A stretch of 64,000 nucleotides of DNA from Octopus bimaculoides. Lineage: Eukaryota. The DNA lies in contig NC_068988.1 in NCBI RefSeq assembly GCF_001194135.2, positions 69,792,245 through 69,856,244 on the forward strand, given 5' to 3'. The translations under genes and the position numbers were made by a program. This document shows positions 1 to 11,119 of the stretch, piece by piece. Each line of letters begins with the position of its first letter. Within the stretch, counting starts at the first letter, position 1. The notes beneath the pieces are model-generated. The model was not told the DNA's origin, searched no databases, and saw nothing but the letters and a program-made list of their open reading frames with translations.

Positions 1-1171
1 TTCCTACAGATATTTCAGTGTAGTGTGTGTGTGTGTGTGTGTTTGTATGAAGCAAATCTATCATATTCCGAGGAAAATTTAAGCTCAGTTTAAGAGCATT
101 AAGCTTATTTACGCCAGAGATACTGTTTCTGTGAATCATGACCAAAAAGACAAGCTGCTGTCAGCTTCTGAAATTAGTTTTCTTCACAAGTTTAGATTCT
201 ACATTCTTCTCCCTTTCATTCTAGTTTCTATATTCTATTATATCATAAGATGTCAAATTTTACTTACATCGAACACAAATGTCAGCTATCATTAACAGTG
301 TGTTACTTTCTCTGATAACCTATGCTTTACTTGGCTAAACATCATTCAACAATTTAGCTATACAAAGGAAAGAGTAAATTGATGAAAAATTATTAAAAAA
401 AAAACAATACATCTGCTTGCTGAAATTCTACACAATCATTTCTTTCTTTTCTCTTTCTATAAGTGATTATGAGATGAAAAATGAAACGCTTATTTCCCTT
501 TTTTTTTATTCTCTTGATTGCTTTTTGTGAGGGGATGATAATGCATTTTTTAAAAATAGTCTTGACAATAAGCTGGCATATTATTTGCAAACAGACATGT
601 ATTAAATTATGTAGGTGCAAAGTATAAATGTTCTGAGTGATATTCAGTGATATGTTATTCATTACATGTAACATTATGTATCAGATCCACTACTCACACT
701 AATAGGAATTCTCAAAAAATATCAAAAATAAATTCATGGAATATAAAAGCATTTCAATGAAAACCTAAGATGTTATTTAGATGTTTCAACATTTTGACTA
801 TTCTTCTTCTTTAAGTACTATACCAATAGGGATAGTAGACATAATCATAACCACCTGACCACATGACCACCTGACCCTATAGTATCTTCTATAGATTCTA
901 CTCCATTTGGAACAGGTCTCCTGCATGTAATTCCTTCCTCCATTACTGCTCCAGTCTCAAAGGTCATAGAAGCTATCCTTCCTCTGATATCTATGCCATT
1001 AAGTAAAAGGTTTAACTTTAGAGTGAGCACAGCTATAGAGGTGACTATGGAAAAAAGACAGGAAGAGTTATAATGCCATATTAGAGGAATGTATTGAGTA
1101 GAAATAAGATCTACAAGGTGAAAAAAGGAGTTGAGAATGATTGACAGTGAATGAGCTCATTTATTCTTTCT

Positions 1172-1865
1172 TTATCATTATCATTGTTGTTTGGTAACTG
1201 TTTTCCCTGCTGGCATGGGTTAGATGGTTTGACTGGAACTGTTAAGCCAGACAGCTGGACCAGGCTCCAGTCTGGTCTGGCTTGATTTCTATGTTTCCAA
1301 CTACTCCACAAACTGTACAGGGTGCCTTTTACATGTCACTGACACTGGCCATGACTATGATTTCACTTAGTTTGACATGTCTTCTCAAGCACAGCAAATT
1401 ACCAAAGGTCTTGGTCATTTGTCATGACCTCCATGAGACTCAACTTCCAAAGATCAGTTTCCACCACCCTATCCCACATCTTCCTAGATCTGCCTCTCCA
1501 CAGATTCTCTCGACAGTTAGAGGTTAGCACTTCTTTACACAACTGTCCTTGTACATTTGTACCAAATGGCCATACTAGCACAGTCTTCTCTCTTGGACAC
1601 TTCTTCTGATGCTGCATACACATAATTTTTCTCTGAAGACACATTGCGTCATACATGCACACTGACATTGCAAATCCAGTGGAGTATACTGGCTTCATAC
1701 CTTTCAAGCCTTCACATGTCCTCAGCTGTCACAGCCCATGTTTTGCTGCCATGTAGCATGGCTATTTGCACACAGGCATCATACAATCTGTCTTTCACTC
1801 TGAGGGAGAGGCCCTTTGTTACTAATAAGGGTAGCAGGTCTCTGAACTTTGCCCAGCCTGTTTTA
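1172..1865 (-). mobile_element. RTE-clade LINE, 5'-truncated 3' remnant (RT C-terminus, 3' UTR, ATG-type tail)
   Basis: Minus strand reads LSLRVKDRLYDACVQIAMLHGSKTWAVTAEDM*RLERYEASILHWICNVS, matching the RTE motif LY...MLHGSETW. The shared RTE 3' UTR (ccatgccagcagggaaaa..) and an atgataatgata tail follow. Confidence 0.8.
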
Positions 1866-2065
1866 TATGATGATCATCATCATCATGATGACACACATGC
1901 GCACACACGCACACACACACACACATTGGGTGTTAGAGCAAAATCTGACAATTTCCATAAAAGAAAAAGAAAACAGTATTTGAAAAATATAGTTCTATAC
2001 TTAGGAGATGTGGAATTATGTAGATTATTTACATTTGATGGATATTTGTCCTTATCTTGTTTTTT

Positions 2066-2117
2066 TGTTAAGACAACGTTTCAGCTAATATATCCTCCAG
2101 TCTTCATCGGGTGTCTT
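2066..2117 (-). ncRNA. Degenerate minimal hammerhead ribozyme (PLE type)
   Basis: Minus strand: aagacac-CCGATGA-agactg-gaggatatat-tagct-GAAA-cgtt-gtctt. The CUGAUGA core has one substitution; stem II, GAAA and palindromic ACGT are present. Confidence 0.7.
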
Positions 2118-2176
2118 GGGGAAATTTCAAACATGGGTTCTCATTCCTAAGGTATTTTTCTATGTTATTCTTATTA

Positions 2177-2250
2177 AGGTCACTGCTTGGAATTGAACTC
2201 GGAATCTTGGGGTCAGTAACCTGCACTCTTAACCACTATGCCATATGCCC
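2177..2250 (-). promoter_or_regulatory. tRNA-derived Pol III internal promoter module inside the PLE 3' UTR
   Basis: 74 nt, GGGCATATGGCATAGTGGTTAAGAGTGCAGGTTACTGACCCCAAGATTCCGAGTTCAATTCCAAGCAGTGACCT. A box TGGCATAGTGG and B box GTTCAATTC sit at tRNA spacing. Cloverleaf stems pair poorly, so it is not a functional tRNA. Confidence 0.8.
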
Positions 2251-3041
2251 ATAGGCAATTATGGAGTGAATTTTAGAGCTTATAAATCTAATAGTTTCCT
2301 ATCCTTCCTTAATAACGGTTCCCATATGCTACTCATATCTGCACTCGGTCTGATTAGAAGGTTGTTGTGTCCTAGCATATGTGCTGCTTCTTTTAGTTTT
2401 CATATTTTCCAGGGATGTTCTCTGTCTATTATTTTAACTTCATCCCACAAGGGGAAGTGGTCTCCATTTTTCCATACATGATCAGCTATCCCCGATTTAT
2501 CAATATCTCCTTGTGTCACAGCTTTGCAATGTTCGTCTACCCTTATTTTAAGGGGCAGCATATTTCACCTTTGTATAACCTACCACAGCTGCATGGAATG
2601 GAGTACACACAGTCTTTAGTCATATTCTCTTCTATTGGTGGTTTTACTCGAAGGAGATATTTGCGAAGTGTTGTATTACTTTTGAATACTGTCCTGATGT
2701 CATATGGGCTGCATATCTTTTGTAACTTTTTGGAGAGGCCTTTCACATAGGGTAGACAGACTGTGGACAGTTTATTGGTTTCATCTTCTCTCTTCTTCAT
2801 AATTGGAGTGGAGAGTATGCTTTTGGGGTAGTTGTTGTTTAATAGGTTGTTACTGAGCTTGATCATTTCTTCGTGGTAGGTATCACGATCGCTACTTATA
2901 TTCATAGCTCGATGTTTTAGGCACTGAGTAATCCTTCTCTTTACACTCTATGGATGGTGGGAATTGAAGTTTAGGAATCGTCCAGTAAAAGTCGGCTTGC
3001 AATATACGGATGTCCTGAATCCATACTTGGTATATGTTATT

Positions 3042-3147
3042 AATAAACTGTCCACAGTGTGTCTACCCTATGTGAAAGGCCTCTCCAAAAAGATACAAAA
3101 GATATGCAGCCCATATGACATCAGGGCAGTATTCAAAAGTAATACAA
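3042..3147 (+). mobile_element. Inverted duplicate of an internal PLE segment
   Basis: Reverse complement of 2671-2776 at 103/106 identity; encodes NKLSTVCLPYVKGLSKKIQKICSPYDIRAVFKSNT. Confidence 0.9.
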
Positions 3148-4782
3148 GAGCAGTGATCCTTATCAGGGTCTTTGAGAATGGTGGCAAGATGGGAGGGAGC
3201 TATCAATAGTCTAGAGACTTGGCCTGAATCCTTGCAACAAAAATGAGCATGGGTATGGCTGCTATGTCATTTATGATGTTCACTTTGCAACCTAGTTTTA
3301 GGTTCAATCTCACTGAGCCACACCTTGAGTGAGTATGTTTTACCATAGCCACAGGTGAATCAAAGCTTTTTGAATGAAATATAGTTGATAGAAACTGCGA
3401 GGAAACTTGTCAGGGAGCTATTTCTGCTGTTGGGTGGTAGTTTAACATCACCACCTGGCACTAGGGCAGCCTTTAAACAGAGTCCACTCTGTTGCAAGTA
3501 TCCAGGCCAGGTCTCTAGATTATTGTTAACTTCCACCCATATTATCACCACTCATGAAGACTCTGATAAGGATCACAGCTGTTACTTCTCCTCTTTTGAC
3601 AAAGTCTTTAAAAGAAAAGTTAGTTCATGTTGGTTCTGTTTGCTTTATTTATTTAGAAGCTGAAAATATTTCTGTGACAAAATTTTAGATAATCCTGCAT
3701 ATACAATCAAAAATTTTCCATCAACAAAAATATACAACAGTCATTTGAGATAGGAATAACAGCAAGATAGGGTTAAAAAATTGTGCATATAAACAGTTAA
3801 ATTGGATTTATATTTCCAAGTTATCAACTTGTAAAAAGCAACTAAAATATAGCAGTTGATGAAGACTTTGTGTCATCACAGTATTGCAGGATGTATAAAA
3901 GAGACATGTTAGCAGCCTCAAGAAGCACTTTAAATAGATTAACTGTAAAATTGGTCATACAGACCAAAGTATTTATTGAGATAATTTGATGATATTTAAA
4001 TTGATAAACACAGGAAAGTAAAGATTAGTAATAATTTCATTTCAACTGAATTGCTATGAGAATTGATTACCCAAAGGAATAATTCTTTTCTCCTTTTTCT
4101 ATACCTTTTCTTTATATTAAAGATTAATGATACACATTTCTTATTCATTGTTTTGTCTTCCATAAAACAATTAGTAATTTTAGAGATTTTTGTTTTGTGT
4201 CTCTTCGGAAGGAAATGATTACCAAATCATTATGGAACTTTTTTTTCTTTTTTTGTCTTAAATAGGGAAGGGAAAACATTTCAACTGTAAATCAATTGTG
4301 GAACAGCAATTTGTATATACCAGTTTATTTCTAATGGAGAAAATGCACTTTTATCTAGTGCTGATTGGTTGAAAATAACATAGAAATAAAGGATTCTTTT
4401 AAAATATTGACATATATAATGATGGTTGCCAATTCTCTCCTTGTGTAGTGATTTATGGTTCGGACATTATTGCAATTAATATTTTGAACTACAAATAGGA
4501 AATAACTTTAGTTGACTTGTTATTTATTTCTATATACATAAATATGGATTAGATTCGGTTTCGAGAAAATATAATTGTGAGGGCATAAAATGCCTTTGAT
4601 GACTTGTGCTTAATTCAATATCACAACATGCAAACAATAGTTTCTATGACTCACTGCATATCTGATTATAACACTGACATGAGGGAGTCTAACTCAAAAC
4701 AAACGTCTTAGGAGACTTTTGTAAATTACTGACAATTTGGTTTTCTTACCAACGTTTATAACTCTTTGCATATATATATATA

Positions 4783-4842
<60 letters not shown>

Positions 4843-4874
4843 NNNNNNNNNNATATATATATATATATATATAT

Positions 4875-4919
<45 letters not shown>

Positions 4920-6689
4920 AATATATATATATACACATAAATATATATATTTAGACTATACACATGCATGCACATACACACACACATATATATATGTATA
5001 CTGCTTCATGTTGGACAAATGAGAAAGGTGTGCTCAATACCTGCTATAAAGGATATGTTAGCACTGGTGTGAAACTCAAGTTGTGAGCTGAGTTGCTGTA
5101 GAGAAAAAAATTCTCTCTTATGGCAAAATGTGCAAAAATACCATATCTGTCCAATGCTTCCTCTTATCGGATTCCCAGATGTGGAATTTCTGGCTCTTTG
5201 GCCTCCCTCAATGGGAAACATCAAAGAGAGGTAACCCAAGACAGATTCAAAGCTGTAGTATTAACTACAATACAGTCAACAATAGTGAGTGAGGATAAAA
5301 GCAGTAACATCTGCACCAAGACCAAACAGTGATTAGAAATATATGAAATTTAGGTTAGTTAAAAATATTTTAAGGACATTTCAACTTCTAAAAGCAAGTG
5401 CCCTGCAATTACCGTGAAGAAAATACTCTCTTTTATGCTAAAAGACATAAAAACAACATATTTGTCCAATGCAACACCTTCCCGCCAATCTATAACTCTC
5501 AAAATCCTCTCATATCTGCTATCAATGCCCTTCTGCCACCTACTCATTACAGCCACTACTACATACCTCTGACATCCATCTCTGTCCCTGTATGTATCTC
5601 TCCCTCCCCTCACTCTCCTACATAATACATGATCTTATTTTCTGGTGCATCTATAGGTTTATTATACTGTTGTTCCCTGTTCTTCATGCATTGCCACAAG
5701 TCACTGTCTCCTTCCTGAGCTATTTCTTTTATCTTAATTGCAAACTGAAATTTACCCTCAGCTACCCCTCACCTTTCTAAATCTTTCATTGCATTCTTCT
5801 CCTTCCCATCTTTAGCCATATGTCACTCTTCTCTCACACTTACAAGAACGTATTCACCCATCCTTCTCAATCTTCAGTTTGAATTCTTTCCTACTTGCCC
5901 TTGTTGCACCTTGAGAGTACACTGGCACCTCATCACCAACATCATTAGATTCTTTTCATCTACTCCCCCTTACAGTTAGATAATGCAGGGGAGCTATGTA
6001 TCTCTTCAGTGCCTGTCTTTCTATCATCCATTAGCTTTTTAACACCTGGCACAAAATCATCTCCTCTACTTCAACACCACTAAGTCAAGAAAGCTTCTTT
6101 TTCTAATTTTGCAAATTGCTAAACAACTTCACTAATGAGTACATTGTGTAAAGTGGTTGGCATTAAGAAGAACATCCAGCCATAGATGACAGAACTTGAT
6201 GTAGTTCTTCAGCCAGTTGGATCCTGCATGGAAGACAGATATTTAAATATGTCACAAACATATTTTAGAAAACCTAAAGTTCAGAGTTATTTCTAATCAA
6301 ACACATAGATATATAAGCCAATAATGGAGGCTTATATAGTTGTATATAGTTGTTTGACTTATTTATAAGAAAGAGCAGGAAGGGGGAAAGGGAGAAAGAG
6401 ACAGGAGGAGGACTAGAGTAGAAAATATTACATTCCTTCACCCTTTGTAGCAAATCAACTTACAGAAATTTATGAAATCTCCAAGGGATTCAAATTTTCC
6501 TGATGCAGACAACCAAAAACACCAGCACTAGAGCTACCACAGTTGTCATCACCACCACCACCAAGAAGAAGAAGAAGAAGATGAAGAAAAAGAAGAAGAA
6601 GAAGAAGAACAACAACAGTTGTTTCCTACAATTTTGCATTTAAACATTTAATCAATTTAGTACTGAAGTGTTTCAACAATGCATTTTGT

Positions 6690-7052
6690 AGACAACTAGT
6701 TCTTAGTCCATCCCGTGTCTGGTGGCGCATTGGCCAGACAACAACCTCCACTGATCTCTATTGGCAGCCTCTCTCTCAATGTTTTCCCATTTTCTGTTTA
6801 TTACTGCTATGTCTGCTTTGAACGATCTGTGCCATGTTGGTTTTGGTCTTCCTCTCTTTCTCTTTCTGCCAGGTGGTCCCCATCTAAATGCTGTTTTGGC
6901 GTGCCATTGGTCTGGCATGCAGAAAATGTGCCCGGCTAGTCTCATTCTTCTCTCTGCCACGATGTCTTGCAACCTTCTTGACTGTGCTCGCTGGAGGACT
7001 GCAGCATTTGTGATGTGGTCGCGATAGGAGATCTTCAATATTTTCTGCAAGC
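6690..7052 (-). mobile_element. RTE-clade LINE 3' end (5'-truncated)
   Basis: ORF 6703-7050 reads LQKILKISYRDHITNAAVL..RRMRLAGHIFCM..FRWGPPGRKRKRGRPKPTW..AANRDQWR, the typical RTE ORF C-terminus. Confidence 0.9.
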
Positions 7053-7170
7053 ACCTTGATAGTCTTCTCTTTTACAGATCCCTGACAAAAAATAAAATCA
7101 TACTTTCACATTGACTCTGAGCCCCAGAGACACCAACCCTGAAAGTGTTATTAGCTGATATCCTTTTAGT

Positions 7171-7609
7171 TTTTTATTCTTTTACATGTTTCAGTCATTT
7201 GACTGTGACCATGCTGGAGTACTGCCTTAACCCTTTAGTGTTCAGATTACTCTGTCAAATGTAATATTTTTTCACTCAAATTGTTTTGAATTAATCATGT
7301 ATTATCTTATAGCTTTGAGGTTTCAATGATGTGATTGTTTATTTTTAGAATATCAATGTAGGTTAGGTGTGAGAGGCTAGATATCGCCAGTTTGAATATA
7401 AAACATGTAGAATATCAGGGCCAGATATGGCCGGTTTAAACACTAAAGGGTTAAAGGCTTTTTTTAGTCAAAGAAATCTACCCCAGGGCTTATTCTTTGT
7501 AAGCCTAGTACTTATTCTTTTGCTGAACCACTTGATTACAGTGACCTAAACATACCAACATCGGTTGTCAAGTGATGGTGGGGGAAAAAACACAGACCCA
7601 AAGACATAA

Positions 7610-7644
<35 letters not shown>

Positions 7645-7807
7645 AATATATATTTGACAGGCTTCTTTCAGTTTCCATCTAACAAATCCACTAACAAAGC
7701 TTGAACTATAGTAGAAGACACTTGCCCAAGGTGTCATGCAGTGGGACTGAACCTGGAACCATGTGGTTTGGAAGCAAGCTTTTTACCACACTGCCACGCC
7801 TGCACAT
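7171..7807 (-). mobile_element. Major tRNA-headed SINE (CORE-like ccttgggcaagtg block, internal CA/TA microsatellite), interrupted by a MITE
   Basis: Head ggcgtggcagtgtggtaaaaagcttgcttccaaaccacatggttccaggttcagtccc; body ccttgggcaagtgtcttctactatag; tail ..ccagcatggtcacagtcaaatgactgaaacatgtaaaaga. Confidence 0.85.
7231..7450. mobile_element. Non-autonomous piggyBac-type MITE
   Basis: TTAA at 7227-7230 and 7451-7454 flanks perfect termini CCCTTTAGTGTT...AACACTAAAGGG. Confidence 0.85.
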
Positions 7808-8836
7808 AGATATCATCTCCAAATATTTTTAGATGGTGCAGGTCGTTATTGAGCAACCTAATATGACTCTCAGAAGGTTGTAATTTCGCTGGTAGTAAAC
7901 CCGGACGGAAAACATATACGAGCAAGGTTGTAACTTAAGCACGTTTATTTGTGGCCACACATACATACATACACGATGGAATGACAAATGGAATGGTTAG
8001 TGTGCAAGGGCCATGGTCTTCTGTGCTATGCTTCTATCTGCTAGCTGGTCTGTGGCATAAGATAGAGCCAGTCAAGTTGCGTCCTCATAGCTTGCATATC
8101 CATACAGAAAACGAGTAAGAGATGAGGTCATGTGTCTGAACCTCAATGTCTTGTAGCGCCTTCTCTCTGTATAGCCAGCTTGTTTACCTGCTGTGAAGTG
8201 GGGTAGTGCGCCTACATATTTTACAATCATTACTTCAAACCATGTATAGAATTAACAGTTATGTTATCAGCTTCAGGAAGTGTGCATTGGTTATAGAAGA
8301 GGGGTAACATTGTAAAAGTAAATCATTTTCTGTCAGAAATTGAATTGAAAGAAAAAGCAGAAAAACTAAATACTTAAATATCTCAAGCTAAAAGCAATTC
8401 TATGACATGTCATTCTAATTTAACTCTCACAACCTTTCTGTCAATGTTACTACACAGAATATATTCAGAACTTCTGATTGAAGATACTTTCTACTGGATC
8501 TTCACATTTCTGCAAGGAAATATAATTGAATGACCCCACTGACTTCACAGTGTGTGTGTGTTTACAAATGTATGTAGGCTTGTATGTGTTTATATTTTTT
8601 TTTGCATCACCAATACCTACACACACACACACACACATGCATACATACATATAAACACATTTATATATATACAAATTTATATACATACATACCCACAGAT
8701 ACATATATATGCATATATACATAACACATAAATACATAACTTACACACATATACGTACATATATACACACATTTATATATATACAAATTTATATACATGC
8801 ATACATACCCACAGATACATACATATATATGCTTAT

Positions 8837-8881
<45 letters not shown>

Positions 8882-8966
8882 TTTATTCTTAAACAAGAAT
8901 GTCAACAATGACTTTAATGTTTTAGCCACCTAAGTTATTGTTTGAATATCCAATGATGGCTTAGCT

Positions 8967-9066
8967 AATACAGTTCTATATTTAAGAGATGAAGAATTCT
9001 GTACCTTATTTACATTATTTACATTTGATGGATATTTGTCCTCATCCGTGAAATGTAAATAATGTA
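8967..9066. mobile_element. 100-bp fold-back derivative of the PLE 3' end with a 12-bp TSD
   Basis: GATGGCTTAGCT at 8955-8966 and 9067-9078. Internal 16-bp perfect inverted repeat tacattatttacattt/aaatgtaaataatgta. Shares cagttctatatttaagagatga and gatggatatttgtcc with 1990-2050. Confidence 0.8.
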
Positions 9067-9246
9067 GATGGCTTAGCTGTTTGAAACTTCGAAGTCACTC
9101 TCAACAACAGTCTTGTTTAAGAATATTAAATTTTTACTTTACAAAATTAAAGCATGGAGTAACCCATCAGATTAATGTAAACTTTTTTTTTATTCTAACT
9201 GAACATAGAAACAAACATTAATATATATATATATACATATATACAT

Positions 9247-9292
<46 letters not shown>

Positions 9293-9297
9293 ATGTA

Positions 9298-9330
<33 letters not shown>

Positions 9331-9662
9331 NNNNNNNNNNNNNNNNNNNNNNNNNNNNNNNNNNNNNNNNNNNNNNNNNNNNNNNNNNNNNNNNNNNNNN
9401 NNNNNNNNNNNNNNNNNNNNNNNNNNNNNNNNNNNNNNNNNNNNNNNNNNNNNNNNNNNNNNNNNNNNNNNNNNNNNNNNNNNNNNNNNNNNNNNNNNNN
9501 NNNNNNNNNNNNNNNNNNNNNNNNNNNNNNNNNNNNNNNNNNNNNNNNNNNNNNNNNNNNNNNNNNNNNNNNNNNNNNNNNNNNNNNNNNNNNNNNNNNN
9601 NNNNNNNNNNNNNNNNNNNNNNNNNNNNNNNNNNNNNNNNNNNNNNNNNNNNNNNAATTTAA

Positions 9663-10002
9663 GGAATGGAGAAAACGCATGTTATAATTGCATACTTTAT
9701 TCCTACATATGTTTGAAAGGATTACAACTTATGTGATCCATAGGGATCTGTGATATTAAAATTGTAACCTTCTCATCAGGGAAAGCATGGGAATCATCTT
9801 AAACGTAAGACATTATGACCGATTATGAAGACAATAGATGGATAAGGTTATGACTTGATTCATTTGAAAAAAACCGTTAGAGAATTGGACGCTGCCGGAT
9901 AGTGGGTTGGACAACACATACATATAAATGTGTGAGAACGTACATGCATACATAAATACATATACACAAGTATGCAATTATAGCATGCGTTTTCTCCATT
10001 CC
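9663..10002. mobile_element. TIR MITE with TTAA flanks and GG...CC termini (Kolobok-like)
   Basis: 9659-9697 and 9968-10006 are inverted repeats at 38/39 identity including TTAA; no ORF inside. Confidence 0.7.
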
Positions 10003-10044
10003 TTAATTTTTTTTTTTATATATATATATGTATGTATGTATGTA

Positions 10045-10100
<56 letters not shown>

Positions 10101-11060
10101 CACACATGTATATTCATACACACACATATTCACATTCATGCACACATGTATGCACATATACTTTTATGAATGTACACACATATATAGGTACATGCGTATA
10201 TATATTTGCTAGTGTGTGTGTGTATACATGCATACATACATACACACACACAGAATAGTTAATGATGATGCTACAATAATTATAGCAAAATAATTTTCAA
10301 GCTGTTTTTCGGGAATTATCAACGAAAGAGAAATATAGAGACATACATACAGTGAATGACTAACAGAGAAAAAAGTGAAAATGTAGAACAAAAGGAAAAG
10401 ATGCAAAAAGAATGAAAGAACTAAATACAAGGGGGTAAAAAGGAAAAGGAAAAAAAGTGGTTGAGAGAGAGAGAGGGGGGGAAGAGAGAGTGTGAGAGAG
10501 AGTTGCTAGATATGTTGAATAGATAAATAGATAGACAATCACACTCATATAAGTGGACAGACAGAAAATGGACAGATGGACAGATTGTTAGAGAGACAGA
10601 GAAACTGAAAGATAAACAGATAGACAGACAATCAGATAGGTGGGCAAGTTCACTGGCAGACTGACAGGCAGGGAAACAGGCAGGTAGACAGACAGACAAA
10701 CACACAAACAGATACACCAATAGACAGAGAGGCAGACAGATAACACAATAGACAAATAGACAAGCAGAGAAAGACAGATAAGCAGTGAAACCATAGTAGA
10801 CCAGGGTGGTGGAAAAATAGGGAAAGAGAAGATAGAATAGGAAGCAGACATCCAAGTAAATCTTACATATACATATCTCCAATTGATACAGTTTGTAATA
10901 ACCTGTGTGTCATGTATAAAGACTATAAACCAACGTGGACTTATATTATTTCATTATTGGTTCAGTATCAGATATTGGAAACTACAACTGGAAATGACAG
11001 TATAAAAACAAAATTACATGTTTTTATGTTTGCATGTGTGCTAAATGTAATTATTGCAAT

Positions 11061-11119
<59 letters not shown>

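Larger units (their letters stand above)
1986..3030 (-). mobile_element. Penelope-like element (PLE), 5'-truncated: RT C-terminus, GIY-YIG endonuclease and 3' UTR/pLTR
   Basis: Minus translation: FRTSVYCKPTFTGRFLNFNSHHP (PLE RT end), VCLPYVKGLSKKLQKICSPYDIRTVFK (linker), DCVYSIPCSCGRLYKGE (GIY-YIG), then after a 1-nt frameshift DEHCKAV..KSGIADHVWKNGDH..KLKEAAHM..SIWEPLL, with the stop at 2280-2282. Confidence 0.92.

Noticed and set aside
268-357. Minus-strand segment with a strong acceptor and a gtaagt donor
   Set aside because: All three frames contain stops; at most a non-coding exon, with no other support.
845-1045. Minus-strand exon-like segment (good acceptor ctgtcttttttccatag, open frame TSIAVLTLKL..)
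   Set aside because: The donor is weak (gtggtc), the in-register antisense frame is equally open, and the plus strand resembles a decayed CR1 3' end (IWNR..). Not distinguishable from a repeat remnant.
2177-2250. Possible genuine tRNA gene; likewise the SINE heads at 35290-35361 and 53165-53234
   Set aside because: Acceptor and anticodon stems do not pair properly, and each is embedded in a repeat body.
8234-8329. 96-nt minus-strand segment with a strong polypyrimidine acceptor and a gtaatg donor
   Set aside because: Stops in all three frames.
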